Source: the human T2T-CHM13v2.0 reference genome, Homo sapiens. Taken from it: a stretch of 64,000 bases of DNA. The notes beneath the pieces were generated by a model, which made no database searches, had not been told where the DNA came from, and saw only the letters and a program-made list of their open reading frames with translations. This document shows, one piece after another, positions 31,740 to 48,938 of this stretch (position 1 is the first letter of the stretch; every line of letters begins with the position of its first letter). A program made the translations under genes and the position numbers. The stretch lies in assembly GCF_009914755.1 (NCBI RefSeq), contig NC_060937.1. One strand, 5' to 3'.

Positions 31740-32140
31740 TCAGAGTAACAAGGCCAGGCAGGTAGTTTAAGATGGCAGGCACAGTACCAGGTGGGAAGTG
31801 AAAATATACTACACTGCTGCCTCCTCTGAGACAGTGATGCAGTGAGGCACCCAAGCTTCATGGAGAGGCTGCCTCCAGTCCTCAGTCCTAGTCTGTAAGT
31901 GCTCCCAGCCCTGGCCCTGGACCTGTGTGTGGTATGTGAATCTTTAGGTGATTCTGGTGCTGGCTGTTGAGCCCCTCTCAAGCTGTGCATCTTAACACTG
32001 GAGGCTCCACATCTGAGAGGGACACACTGTCCTCACTGTGCCTTTTCTGAATTCCTGGCCCACAGGATCTGTGAGCATAATAAAGCGAATGTTCTTTTAT
32101 GCCACTAAGTTTGAGTAATGGTTTGTTACATAACTGTAGT
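31740..32140 (+). mobile_element. MLT1-type MaLR LTR
   Basis: 3' end ...aataaag...gccactaagtttgagtaatggtttgttaca. Confidence 0.6.
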
Positions 32141-35100
32141 ATTGGGGAAAAATCCCTAAAAATTGGCCTCACCTAGAATTGTGATTTAAAAAAAAACTGG
32201 TGAGTGAAAAACACCTTGTCCTGCCATTGATGTGTTGCTTTTTAAGTCATTATAGTATTTTGACTTTGTAAATACATGTAAAAAGGTAGTTAATAATTTC
32301 AGTGTCATACTTAATTGCCTAGGTATGTGCGAGTTCTAGGCTTCATCTTTTATGAACCTTAAATTATGCTTAATGCATTATATACATGGATGCTTTCTTA
32401 GACTAATAATGTATCCAGCACTAAGCTACAAACATCTCCAGACTTTACTAAGAGCCAAACCCAAAGGACCTGATTTTTCAGAACTAGTCTCTGTAAAATA
32501 CCATGAAAAGAGGATGTGTAGGTTCCTTTTAGCCCACAGTTTTATTAGAATATTATTAGGGGCGTTTCTAAATTCAGATGATCCTAATATACTTTGCTGT
32601 GAATTTTTGAAAGATGTTATATCTAATATAATTGAGCATTAGTAAACTGAAGAAGTTTCCTCTGTTGTAGGGTTTGCATATTAAATCTACATTGTTTTAA
32701 ATTAACTTAATTTCTTTGCATATGATAATATTATTACTTTTTTTGGTACTTGGATCTGTAGAAGATGGATATAGCTTTTCTTAGAATACTAGAACACATG
32801 AGCCTCTTTTTCATTTTTGCCATTATTTTCTTCCTCCTCAATTAATTGTCCGTTCGCTTATACATTTATTAACCATAAGATAAAATAATGTGTCATTTAT
32901 TGAGCATCTGCTATGTGCCAGGACTATGCTAGGTGCTTTGCATACTATTAATTCATTTTATCATCTGTAAATGCAAAATATATATTATTTCCGTTTGACA
33001 GATAAGGAAATAGGTTTGTATATTAATATTTGTATTAAAGCAAAAATAACATAAGGTTATTTCTAAATGGTTTTTGACCCACAAGTCTAGTGCCTCGTAT
33101 ATAAATACCTGTTTATCAACAAGAGAGCCATATCTGACTTTATCTAAGTAGCTAAATTACTCAGATACATGTATTTTCATTTAATGGATCAATTTGTCCA
33201 TTAGTAGTTTTTTTAACCCTGGCAGAAAAATATTTTTATAGTAATCCTAACCTGAGTTTCATGATGAAATACTGAAAATAACTCATGGTTATTAATGATT
33301 TAATGCCAGTAGTATAATGGTAGCTTTGTTGAGGTTTAAGAGGGAGGTTAATACTGGGGTCTGGAATCTACTCAGTTAATCCCCCAGCTCTACCCTGTGC
33401 TAGTTGTGTGACCTTGTCAAGCCTCTTTAGCTTCCTTATCTGTGAAATAGGGATGTTATAACTGTACTCTGAGGTAAGCTCATTTGGTTTTTTAATTATG
33501 TGAGAAATTTTACTAAACTAGAAATTTTTTTCTTTTTTGTATTTGTAAGGACTAGTTTGGGCTTTGCATGCATTTTACATGGGACTAAACAGGGCAATCT
33601 TTGCAGTTGTATTGTTGGTGTGTGTGGCACTTTTTCTTAGAATTCTCATGATTTGTTCATTTATAACAGCACTAGTCTTATGCTTTATGCTAACTTTTTA
33701 AAAATTGGCTTTTCTCAGTTTTCTTTTAAAAGGGGCTTTGAAACACCAAAAAATTAGTTGTTTGAACACTGGGCATCATAAATATGTTTATTTTGAGCTT
33801 AGTCTTCAATTTAATATGTGTTGTATCTATAAAGATTTTAATGAGAACAGGAAAACAATTGTATATATTTGAATAATTATACAAATTATAATTGAAAGAA
33901 AAATACCATGCCAGATTAAAACTAATGTTAATTCTTGTGATCATTTTTTCTGGGATCTGGTGTTTTTATTTAGCATAATGGACATCAACTTTATGATATT
34001 GGAATATACAATAATTTTTCCTTTGAAATTAATAATTAATGTTGATTATGGCTTTACTTAGAAGTTAAGCAGGTTTCTAGCCCAAGATCTTTGTATGTGT
34101 TGTTCTCTCCTCTTGGACGACTCTTCCCTACTTTCATCACATTTCTTCTCATTAGGGCTCACCTAAACCCCATTTCTCCACAGACGTTTTCCCTCTACAT
34201 TGCTGTACTCCCCACTCCTCCTAGTTTTTTCATAAGTTGATTTCTTTCATAGATTTTATTACAGCTTTAAGCTACATTATTTGTTCTTTTTACCTATTTG
34301 TTGTCTGCCTCTGCCCATTATAACTAAGCTCCACAGGATAGAGGGCAATGGGTCTTAACTACTGCTTTCATATAGAGTGACTAGGAGAGCGTTGACGACA
34401 CCACCAGCAGTTGATGCTCAGTAACTATGATGAGTAACAGTGAAGGAAAGAGGTAAGTAGCATCATCCCAATTTTACAAGGTCACACAGCTGCTCAGTGG
34501 TAGGACTGGAATTTAATTCCAGTAGTCAGTCTAATTCCAAACGCTTTGTTTGGGCCCAGGAGAAAGCAGTTTTATATATATTTTCAAATTGAATCGTTAC
34601 CATAATCCTGTGGAAAGAATCATTACTGATATTTTACAAATGAGGAAACTGGGGTTCTTTGTGACTTTGTCAAAGGTGCATTACTGCAAAACTAGAAAAG
34701 CAGTTTATTTGGTCTCAAGCTCAGTGTTCTCTAGTGCAAATCAGAGATGGCTTTTATAAGTTTACTTTTTGTGTGTTGTGCAATCTTTTTCTGTGATCAT
34801 TTGAACTCAATCTAAATCTACCCTAATGTGCTTTGCTGCAAACTTCTCCTAAAGAAGTAAAAGTAAAGGAGTATATTTTCTATTTCAATCTTGCACCCTT
34901 AGCTAAGCCCAGGTAATGGTGTTAAACAGATAGCAATTTTGAACTTGGAGGCTTGTTTCATTCCCAGTATTTTCAGTAATTCTGTCTTTCTTTCAGCAAA
35001 TATTTACTGAGTGCCACCTATTTGCCTGATTCTGTCGTAGCTAAGCACTGGAGAAAACAATGCTGAGCAAGACTCAGACCCTACTCTCAACGTAGTAACT

Positions 35101-35263
35101 ATGTAAAAATATTTAAAGCAGCTTTTTCTTAAAAAAAAAAAATGTAATACAGAAATGAATGAGATACCTATAGTCACTAAACTGGAAAGATGCCCATGAG
35201 ATACTGTTCATTTTAAAACTGAATTGCAGCCCACGAGATGTAGCATGAGTCTACTTTTTGTTA

Positions 35264-35716
<453 letters not shown>

Positions 35717-37150
35717 TTAAATATTTCTTAGCATTTTTAATATAGAAAAAAATTAAAGGATGTAGAGAATATTTTTATATGGAGAATGTTTATAGATATA
35801 CTATATTTTAAGTGAAAAACAGTATTAGAGTATGATTTTGATTTTCTGATGTATCTAAATTTTCTCTGTAATATGACTTTTATAATATGAGAATAAAGAA
35901 GTTTTTATTAAAGCATTCTTCCTGCCCTGTTTTCATTAAGAATCAAATAAAAACAAATAAACAAGAAAACTAAAGCAAGATAAAGATCCGAACTAAAAAT
36001 AGGAGTTGGTGGTAGTGGGAATGTATAAATAGGGAAGCACCTTATTTTCTGATTTTTTGTCTTTCCTGATGTGTCATCAATTAAGTTTATTTGCTTAATT
36101 TTAATGCTAATTAAACATTTATTGGGTGCTTATTAAAGCCAGATACTGTCCTAAGTACTTTACATATGTTAATCCTCCGAGGTATGCTCTATTATTACCC
36201 CCATCTTAAAGATGAGGCTCAGAAAAGTTAAATATTTCACCTAAGGTTACAGAACTAGTAAGTGGTACCCCATGATAAAAAGCTATGTAGTCTTTCTTTT
36301 GCTATTTCTAAGTGCCAGTTTGTGAGCTCTAAATAGCAATCCAATTTTCAATAGAAGTTTAGGTTTTTCTGCGTTAATAGAAAGAGATTATTAATTTTAG
36401 GTCAGGATTCTGGCAGTCCTAGCGTCCAAATGTATTTTTCAGCCCCATCAGGGATTGTGAAAGAGCCTTTGTGATTTCTACATCTCACCAGAAATGAACA
36501 GATACAGGTGATAAAATTGAAGGTAACATGTTGTTGGTTACATTCTGTTTTTTTTCCTCTGGGTGGGCAGCTTGGCATAATGGAAAAATCATGTGTTTTA
36601 GCTTCAGTTAGATTTCAGTTTAATTCTGGCTTCAGCATTTTCTAGCACCAGCCTTTAGTTGAGGCACATTATTTTTTCACTTGCAAAATAAAGATGATAA
36701 TACTGCCCTTTTAGGATGGCTGTGAGGATTACATGAAATTATGTAGGCAAAAGACCTTTAACATAGAGTCAGGCATATATTAGGATCTTAATAAATATTA
36801 AGGCATTTCTTCAGGTAGGTGTATCAGAATAAAATGAGGATTAGTCTTGGGAAACAAATTCTACCTGATTTTCTACTACAAAATGCAGGTACAACTGCTT
36901 CTGGAGAATATTCTGCAAAAAAGTATTAATATTTTAAGATGCCTGATTAATTTAGTACATCCTTATGTACAGATTTAAATGATTTGTGACAATTAATAAG
37001 TTTATTCTTAATTATTCTTGCATTTCAAATCATGGTGATGTAAAACATTGTAGTCAATTATCTCACAAACATACATTTTGAAAATTAAAATCTTGTAATA
37101 ATAGGAATGTTTTCTCTCAAATCATACTAAACTCATATAGCATTCTTTGA

Positions 37151-37542
<392 letters not shown>

Positions 37543-37880
37543 TGTAGTACATTTTTCTATCACTTTTTGCTAACCTTTTCTTTTTTCTGCTATTTAATAT
37601 TAAATGTTACCCATTTCTACTTGTGCTTTTTTTTTTCCACCTTTTCCTTTGGGGTGATTTAAAAAAATGTGATGCATTGTACTCTGCTGACTGTACAGAA
37701 AAATATCTTAGTATATTTATTAGAGTGATGGCAGACCTGACCTGTGCTGTCCATTGGTATCTAATGTAGTTTAGAATCATGATGCCTTCTCAAAAAGGGG
37801 AGGTGAGAACTTAGAATCTGACTGGGGAACCAAGGAGCTGCCTTTTCAGTTGATTTGGGATATATTTCTTAGTTTATTTA

Positions 37881-38237
<357 letters not shown>

Positions 38238-38482
38238 TTAATAATTGAGTATATTTGTTATGTGTTTAATAGATGAGCTCAGTTTCAAAATACTTACTTT
38301 ATATATGACTTTATGATTTAACTAACCTAAGATAAAAGGTATTGGGCTTAAGGAAATCCAAGAATGATTGGATGATGAATCCAAGAATGATTGGAAATCC
38401 AAGAATGACTTCTTAGGTATTATTTCATTTTGAATGAAATGGATATATATGAAAACTAACTTCTTTAAAAAACACAATTTTC

Positions 38483-39161
<679 letters not shown>

Positions 39162-40505
39162 TAATTTTCTTTATAAATTTTACTCTCACTATATTATCTC
39201 AGCATAGTAATGGATATGAAGTATGTTCATTATTAACAAAATTACTTGTTTTATTCTGTAGTCTAATGTACATCATCATCAATTCAGTAACTGAAAATAA
39301 TATTTTAAGTACCAAGTGTAATGACTTTTCCTCTTTACTATCAGCAATTTCCTAAGTTTGTTTATTTGTTAAATAATAAGCTGTTCAGGAATTTTTCATT
39401 CTCTTTTCTAAGATAGTACTTTTGATGTAAGAAGGCTGGTGCATGAGAGTGCTTGAGTACATAAATGAAAGTGTTAATTGTTAGTGAAAACAATAATAAA
39501 AAATCAGAAATTCTTTAAGTAGATTGGATCTGGAACAAAGTGAAAAGATTTTATATTTTCCTATTAATATAGTTCTCCAGTATAGTTCCATAGACCCATA
39601 GTACCCCTTAATTCTAAATTGTAGATTAGGAAATTTTTTGTATTTTCCTTTTAGAAGAATTGAAATCAAATTCTGCCACATCTGCCAAGCCTGGCTGAAC
39701 TTTCATTCTGTATGCATCGTTATTCATCCTTTATCTGTAGTCCAGGATACTTAGTTACTCTCGTGATGACTTAATATTTTCTCTTCCTCCTGATTATCAT
39801 AAATATTAGGGGCCCTCAGTGGAATAATTTAAGAAAAATTCTTCCCTAAACAGCAGATCTGAAAAGCTTACTCCCCAAATATTTATTCAATGTACTATAC
39901 AAGGGACCTTAGTTTACCTCTCTCTGTTAAGCCTCATAACACCTGTATCATAAAACTATCTTGGAGACTATTGATAATGTATATAAAGTGCTAGTGTGGG
40001 CTATGTAATACATAGCAGATAATCAACAGGAGGCAAATGCTGCTTTTATAAAAATGTCTGGAACAAAAGCCAATATATGCCTTCTGCTGAAAGTGCTCAT
40101 TTGTGTCCTGATTATGGTCACTGCTATTCTTCCCGAAATCTTTACTCCTGGGCAGTAAACAATGCCAGCAGAAACTAAAAGTGACCATTTTTCTTCTCTC
40201 TAAAGAAAAATTTAATATTGACTGCATTTGTTAAAATAAGACATTGTGTTATGTTTATTAGGCAGATATTCTTGGGGGAAAGTTTTTTTTTTTTTTTTTA
40301 AAGATCTCTCTTATGGCCTTGGCTAATATTTGAAATCTTATATCTTAGAAAAATCTTCATTCTTTGTCACAGTTAAGGGGTGGTTTGACTGGATTAATTT
40401 TTTTCCTTAGAAAATTTTCCATAATTTTAAAAGTATTTAAAGCCTTTTGGCTTCTAGCTTCCATTGGTTCGGTTGAGAATGGATTTTTTTGGACCACTTT
40501 GAGTC

Positions 40506-40800
40506 TTTTTTTTTCTTCGAGATGGAGTCTTGCTCTGTCACCCAGGCTGGAGAGCAGTGGCACAATCTCGTCTCACTGCAACCTCCATCTCCCAGGTTCA
40601 AGCGATTCTCTTGCCTCAGCTTTCCAGGTAGCTGAGATTACAGGTGTGCACCACCACACCCAGCTAATTTTTGTATTTTTAGTAGAGACAAGGGTTCACC
40701 ATGTTGCCCAGGGTGGTCTCGAACTCCTGGCCTCAAGCAATACACCTGCTTCAGCCTTCCAAAGTGCTTGGATTACAGGTGTGAGCCACCATGCCTGGCC
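40506..40800 (-). mobile_element. Alu
   Basis: TSD gaccactttgagtctt. Confidence 0.93.
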
Positions 40801-42032
40801 TGACCACTTTGAGTCTTGATCTTTAATCAGTGACCTGTTTTGTCACTCAGTAACCTTTAAACCTTTATTCCTGTTGTTTTAAACAATTTACCAGATACCT
40901 TTTGGCCTCCAGTGGCTGTTTGGAAATGTTTGGGGAAAGTTTTGATAGTCAACATCCCTGGGGATGCTGGGGGAGGGTCCTTTTGGCATTTCATATCTGT
41001 AGGCCAATGAAGTTAATTTTCTTGCAGTTAATTTCCTTGCAACAGAGGGAACAGTCTCACCCAAGATGTCAGTGGAGGCCCTCTTTGGAAGTGTAACCTT
41101 GGGGAAATATAAGAATAATTACAGCTGCATGTTGATTATGATGTATGACAAAGGAAACAAGACACATACACCAAAGACCAATGAGTATGTTTGGTAATCA
41201 TGTTATAGACATGCTATGTGAAATTATGGAGGAAGAAAGTATAAATGACATGGTACAAATTGAAACAGAATAAAAATCACTATGTGAAATACAGTCATTA
41301 AAAATTACCTTTCTATATTTATCACGTTATTTCTTGGACATTATAGGCAGTATTATGCTTAGTAATGTTTCTGACACTTTTTCGGTATTTCCACTTTTGA
41401 CACTTTTCTGTATTTCCAAGTAGTACCCACTCTTAATTACTTTAACAGATCAAGAAAATTAACCCTTTTGTATAGTAGGATATCTATTTGTAACATAAAC
41501 TCTTTTTTATAGTAGGATATCTGTTTGTAACGTAAACACTTAGCAATTCCAGATCCAGAAAGATTTGAAAAGAAACATTTTTGCAAAGGCTAGAACATGA
41601 CTGATAATAATAGCTATATATTTCTAAATTAGAGTGGCATTCAGAAAGAGTTGATCAGGGTTGTACTTGTGCAGTTTCATAGCAGTTTCTGAGTTAGCAA
41701 TTTGCAGTTCTATTTCATTAATGTTTTAGGAAATGATTTACCAGAATAGCATATGTAGGTAGCTGTATTATAAGAATTTGGATTATCCATCATTTTTCTG
41801 TGGTCCCTTTTACTACTTTACTTTATTAATGTTGCTGACTAAGAAAACTGTACATTAGAAATGCAGGACTCCAAGGAAGCAAAGAAGGAGTAAGATAATG
41901 AGGTAGGAAGATGGAAGAAGATTTTAGAATAGTAGTTTGATAATTTTGTATTAATAGAATAAAGCATTTTAAAATAATTATTAATGCAGAGTCTTCATCT
42001 TAATTTGCATATGGTATACTTTTACCTTTCAG

Positions 42033-42883
42033 AACCTAAATCACAGCCACAGCAGCTTCATCAGGGACAATACAGATCATCAAATACTGAGCAAAATGGA
42101 GTAAAAGATAATAATCATCTGAGACATCCTCCTCGAAATGATACCAGGCAGCCAAGAAATGAAAAACCGCCTCGTTTTCAAAGAGACTCCCAAAATTCAA
42201 AGTCAGTTTTAGAAGGCAGTGGATTACCTAGAAATAGAGGTTCTGAAAGACCAAGTACTTCTTCAGTATCTGAAGTATGGGCTGAAGACAGAATCAAATG
42301 TGATAGACCGTATTCTAGATATGACAGAACTAAAGATACTTCATATCCTTTAGGTTCTCAGCATAGTGATGGTGCTTTTAAAAAAAGAGATAACTCTATG
42401 CAAAGCAGATCAGGAAAAGGTCCCTCCTTTGCAGAGGCAAAAGAAAATCCACTTCCTCAAGGATCTGTAGATTATAATAATCAAAAACGTGGAAAAAGAG
42501 AAAGCCAAACATCTATTCCTGATTATTTTTATGACAGGAAATCACAAACAATAAATAATGAAGCTTTCAGTGGTATAAAAATTGAAAAACATTTTAATGT
42601 AAATACTGATTATCAGAATCCAGTTCGAAGTAATAGTTTCATTGGTGTTCCAAATGGAGAAGTAGAAATGCCACTGAAAGGAAGACGAATAGGACCTATT
42701 AAGCCAGCAGGACCTGTCACAGCTGTACCCTGTGATGATAAAATATTTTACAATAGTGGGCCCAAACGAAGATCTGGGCCAATTAAGCCAGAAAAAATAC
42801 TAGAATCATCTATTCCTATGGAGTATGCAAAAATGTGGAAACCTGGAGATGAATGTTTTGCACTTTATTGGGAAGACAACAAG
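42033..42883 (+). CDS. TDRD3: TDRD3 large exon, 851 nt: low-complexity region plus start of Tudor domain ([16 protein letters not shown])
   Basis: ttacctttcAG acceptor, GTATG donor at 42884; lies within the 304-aa ORF 41984-42898. Confidence 0.97.
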
Positions 42884-43376
42884 GTATGGATGCTTTAAAG
42901 ATATTATACACTAATATTACGAAATGTAACATTCTAGTGGGACTTTATAGAAGCTGTCACTTTGGAACTATGAGTCTTTTTCTACTATTGTACCTGTTTA
43001 AAATCTTTGAACAGATTTATAGATATATAAAGGATAAACAAAATATTTAATATTTTTATGGATGCCTAGGGACAATCTGTCCCGTAAGATTTGGTTAAGT
43101 TCGGTTTGGTTTTAGCTTACATGCCAGAAAAGTATTGTAAAAGTAATTATGTGAAGTTGAGCTTTATTTTACTTATCATCAACTGAATTACATATGTTTG
43201 CTTTTCACTCTGGTAAAATTACACTGATTCACAAGGAAGAAAATCAGTTGAGAGGCACAAAGTAAAATTCTGCAGATTTTCAGTTGAAGAAAATAGTACA
43301 CATTCAGCTTACTTTTTTAAAAAGTTAACATATAAGTTAATTATTTATTTTATAATAATTTTAAAATTATTAAACC

Positions 43377-43411
43377 ATTGCTTCTCGGCCTTTTGGCTAA
43401 GATCGAGTGTA
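43377..43411 (+). pseudogene. 3'-truncated U2 snRNA retropseudogene (35 nt)
   Basis: ATTGCTTCTCGGCCTTTTGGCTAAGATCGAGTGTA matches U2 nt 1-35 with 2 mismatches; TSD AAAATTATTAAACC at 43363-43376 and 43412-43425. Confidence 0.93.
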
Positions 43412-44112
43412 AAAATTATTAAACCAATTTTTAGTTTTATATTATATGGTGGCTAAAGGCAAAGAAAGAAATTGTAGGGGAAAGAAGGAAGGAAAGACAG
43501 AAGATGAGGGCAAGAAAGAGTGCAGTGGGTCAAGTAAAAGCCTACCCAAGAGATAGAAGACCAGCCCAGTGAGAGCAAGAAAGGGAAAGGGACAGAGGGA
43601 CCATCAGAGAGAAGGGGACTTTGCACATTTTTTTCCTTCTGCCCAACATGCTCTTCTATCAGCTACTCTTCTCATCCTTGAGGGCTTGGCTCAAACATCA
43701 CCTCCTAGAAGAAACCTTCTTTGACCTGCCCCATCCTCCTACTTACATTATTCTCTTAATCAGTGCCTTAATTACTTTTTAAAATTTATGACAACTTGTA
43801 AATATTTTTTGTTTTGGTTCTTGAATTGGTATCTTTTTGCACTACCATGATATTAAGTTCCTTGAAGGCTGGACTGTGCCTCTCTGGTTTCCGTCTGTAG
43901 TCTTGCTTCTTTCACAGTATAGGGACTTCATAATTATTTGTTAACTCTGTTAATTAGTTAATTCTGGAGAGAGCAATTACATATGAGAAAAGTAGGATGG
44001 TGTGGGGATGGAGACAATAGCAAGGTAGTAAAAACGTATGTAAGGGAGTTACAGAGCGAAGGGTCTGGGAGGATGTGAGAAGCAACTCAAAAGAGGAAAA
44101 ATATTTTAAATA

Positions 44113-44420
<308 letters not shown>

Positions 44421-46584
44421 CAAAATAAATATTTTATAGGTTGCAGTTGATACAGTAAGGATGTGCCTATGAGAGTGTGTGGCTAAAGGGAATGGTGTAA
44501 GTAAAGGTAACTGAAGATTTCAAGGAATTGAAATTCACACTAGGGGTTTGGGTGGATCCTTTAATAAGGATGCTGTAGGATTTGGGGTCAAGAACCAGGC
44601 CTTCTTGTGCTCATTAAATAATGAGGTATAAGCAGAGTGTTAGATGTTGCCTGATGATAGAATAAGGAGGAGTACAGAGTGAAACAGCTAGATGGCATAG
44701 GCTTTTAAGATTTTTGTGTGACTGGGATGATGATTATTTAGAAACAGCATCTCTGTCACATCTTTACTTAAGCCTGGAAAGAAGGGAAGAGACAGCACTG
44801 GGTGTCTTTTCTTTTTCTCTGGAAAAGCAAAAGCCTTCCCAGGAATACCAGCAGATTTGGAACTATTTCACATGGCCACTTCCTGGCTATTAGGAAGACT
44901 TGAAAAGCAGATGCAGGTGGTCTTCACTATCCAGATTCTTATTCTTCCAACTCAGACTACTTTCCAAAATTCAGGAACTGTTTGTTTTGAGTAGTGGGAG
45001 ATTCATTATATTTAGATATTTCTCCTTCATGGTGGAGGCAAGAAAAAGTGAAGTAATTGGAAAGCAGTGTTTGTTGAGCCAACAGTAGCTACCCTAGAAA
45101 TAATAGTCACTGTATCTGATGCTCCTGTGAAAGGTTAAGGTGAGGATGGAAAAGTGTTTTCTGTATTGGATAATGTGGGGTTACTGGTGACCTTGACAAG
45201 AGCAGAAGTAAGAGATTGGAATTCACGTTCAAAATGTTTGAAAGCCTTGGTAAGTGACTCAGGCTTTCCATTGAAATCCCACAAAGATCATACCCTGGGT
45301 AGTAACTGCAAAATTAAAACAGGCAACCCTTACAGAGTCAAAAGCAACTCTCTACAGGATCAGGGATATCTGCTTATATTCTCTCTGCCAGTAGAAAATG
45401 TAACTGTTTTACTGGGAAAAAAATAACATCTTCTACAACCTTTCCAGTACTTATCTGCAGTGTCTAATATCCTTTAAAAAGTTATGAGCCATAGTTAAAA
45501 AAAACAAAGAATGAATGAATGACTATGAATGATTATCAAAAACAAAAAAGAATAGGCCTACAGATAATTAGATTGAGCAGAGTTCTTTAACAAATATTAA
45601 TCTAATATTCAACAAATCATAACTGAGTAGCTACTGCTATGTGCCAGGTGATTGGGGCATATCAGATAGTTATGGCTGTGCTGTACTAAAAGGCCTCCAA
45701 ATACCTGTTACAATTGTTAATAAAGGTCTAATGTTAATTGTAATTGTATAAAAAATTAATACTGTCCATCAGTAATAGCTGTGGTGAAAAAATTAAATTA
45801 AAAAAAATCAAAGTACCAAATTTATTGCCTCTGCTGAATATGTTCAAAATGTCATGTAGCATCTAAAAAACAGTACCTAACAATTCAGTACCTAACAAAA
45901 CAGTACCCAAAGTGTTTTGAGTGATTGGAGCATTCTTAGGGTAACTGAATGATCTTCTACGATGGCTACTTTGATTCAGATTAGATGTGTACTTTCAGTT
46001 GTAGTGAGGAACTGTGGACTCTAAATAGATTACACCACCCTTAACCATTGGGAAAAAGGTAAAGAATACCCTGTGAAAGAGATGGAATTAGTTAATCTTC
46101 TGAAACCACAAATTGAAGAGGTGGCTTCTAAATGTCTTGTCAAGAATGGACAACTTTCCAGTGTTTTTTAGGCAGAGACAAGGGTAGACATTTAAGAAAA
46201 GGAATTGAGTGTAACTATCATTAAGATACCATAATCTTCTTAATTGCATTGTAATGATATTTTGGAGATAATTAATACATTAGTATACATATTGCTTAAA
46301 AAATTTCCTCACAATATCTTGCCTTCTTTCTAACTTCATTTCCATAGGAGAATTTGGGAACTTCTGGAAAGTTCTTCTTCCTGTAGACTGCTAAACTAGT
46401 TCAGCTATTTTTTTCGTCAACTGAAATATTACAACAACCTCCATATTAGTTTCCTTGCCTGAAACTTTATTCCTTTTAAATTTGTCCTCAGTATTGCCAC
46501 CACTGTGATCCTGGTCTTAGACCATGTCATTCCTTCTAGTTAAAGTCTTCACTGACAGAATAAATATAGATTTTAGCATTTTTA

Positions 46585-46650
46585 TTGGGTTTATATCCCA
46601 ATAAACCCATCATAAGTTGAAAATATCATAAGTCAAAAATACATATATCT
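46585..46650. mobile_element. Tigger4/MER46-like fragment
   Basis: atcccaataaacccatcataagttgaaaatatcataagtcaaaaat. Confidence 0.55.
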
Positions 46651-46945
46651 TAGTCATGCTAAGATATAGCATGATTCAGTGTTTGTTTAATTTACCTGAA
46701 CTGGCATAATTTGGCAACTCAGAACAATTCACAGAACACAAAAGTGTGGGGCTAAGAAATAAAGGAAGAGGGGAGAGATAGGAAGGTATAACAAGAATTC
46801 TAAGATGAGGAAAAGTACAGCATCATGTCTCTAAACTTGCTAACATTCAGACCTGGAAAGGAAACACCGTGGATTCACTTAATACCTTTGTAATATTAAA
46901 TATACTAGTTAAAAACCAACTATTTTGAGGGTAACTCATTTTTTA

Positions 46946-47323
<378 letters not shown>

Positions 47324-47425
47324 CTATTAGAGTAGATAGTGTTATACTGTAATAGAGTATTCAAATACCCTAGCTTGAAGAAAACATTAAGAGCAATTTG
47401 TTTTTTGTGTCCATTTCACCTTTCC

Positions 47426-47692
47426 TAAGCAACATTCAGACCTACAATTTCTGTCCTGAATGGGATGATCTGTACTGAAAGATTGTTCCAATCAGATGAC
47501 CTATTCCCAGTTAATTTAACAGATAAATAGAGCTATATATTAGTTATTGAACAGATAAATTTTTAAATTGTAGTTAAGCAACATTCAGACCTACAATTTG
47601 GGTCCTGGATGGGATGATCTGTACTGAAAGATTACTGCAATCAGATGACCTATTCCTAGTTAATTAACAGATAAATTTTAAAATTGTAGTTA
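47426..47692. repeat. Two-copy tandem duplication, period about 149 bp
   Basis: taagcaacattcagacctacaattt...aacagataaat at 47426 and 47575. Confidence 0.9.
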
Positions 47693-47694
47693 TT

Positions 47695-48011
<317 letters not shown>

Positions 48012-48309
48012 TTATAGTTATTAAGTAAATCAGTTCCTTGTGAGTTTGTTAATATGCATCAGTTCTTAGAGCTGGCTAACACTAAGGAAACTGATAAGCC
48101 TCCGGACTTGCAATGTCTTTAATCCTATAAATACTGGATCTAAGTGATGCATTTAGCTTCTTGCCTGACATTCCTACTTCATTCTAGCCACTTGTGATGA
48201 CTGAAGCACTGAGCAGCCTTTTTTGCAATTTTTTTTTTAGTCAGATATTTCTGTTTTTAAAATAAATTACTCTATAGTTATATATTCTGATTAGTATATA
48301 AGAATTGTT

Positions 48310-48613
48310 GGCTGGGCGCAGTGGCTCACACCTTTTATCCCAGTACTGTGGGAGGCCAAGGCAGGCAGATCACTTGAGCTCAGGAGTTTGAGACCAGCCT
48401 GGGCGACATGGTGAAACCCCATCTCTATAAAAAATACCAAAAAATTAGCCAGGTGTGGTGGCACACACCTGTAGTCCCAGCTTCTCAAGAGGTTGAGATG
48501 GGAGGATCGCTTGGGCTGGGGAGGCGGAGGTTGCAGTGAGCCAAGATCTTGCTATTGCACTCCAGCCTGGGCGACAGAGCAAGACCCTGTCTCAAAAAAA
48601 AAAAAAAAAAAAA
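48310..48613 (+). mobile_element. Alu (J-type)
   Basis: Dimer, poly-A, TSD aagaattgt. Confidence 0.9.
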
Positions 48614-48695
48614 AGAATTGTCTTACTAATGTGACTCAAAAGGGTTCCAAAGGTAAGTTTCCTTCTAAAGAATATTACACATTGGAACACTTTAA

Positions 48696-48938
<243 letters not shown>

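Noticed and set aside
38354-38409. Three copies of aatccaagaatga resembling a repeat-spacer array
   Set aside because: Spacers are tiny and repeat-derived; simple slippage in eukaryotic intron, not CRISPR-like.
41465-41540. Short tandem duplication of about 39 bp (also 45870-45910 and 55295-55374)
   Set aside because: Common slippage duplications with no sign of function.
47455-47650. C/D box snoRNA-like words (ATGAT, CTGA) in the tandem duplication
   Set aside because: No RTGATGA box C paired with a terminal CTGA and closing stem.
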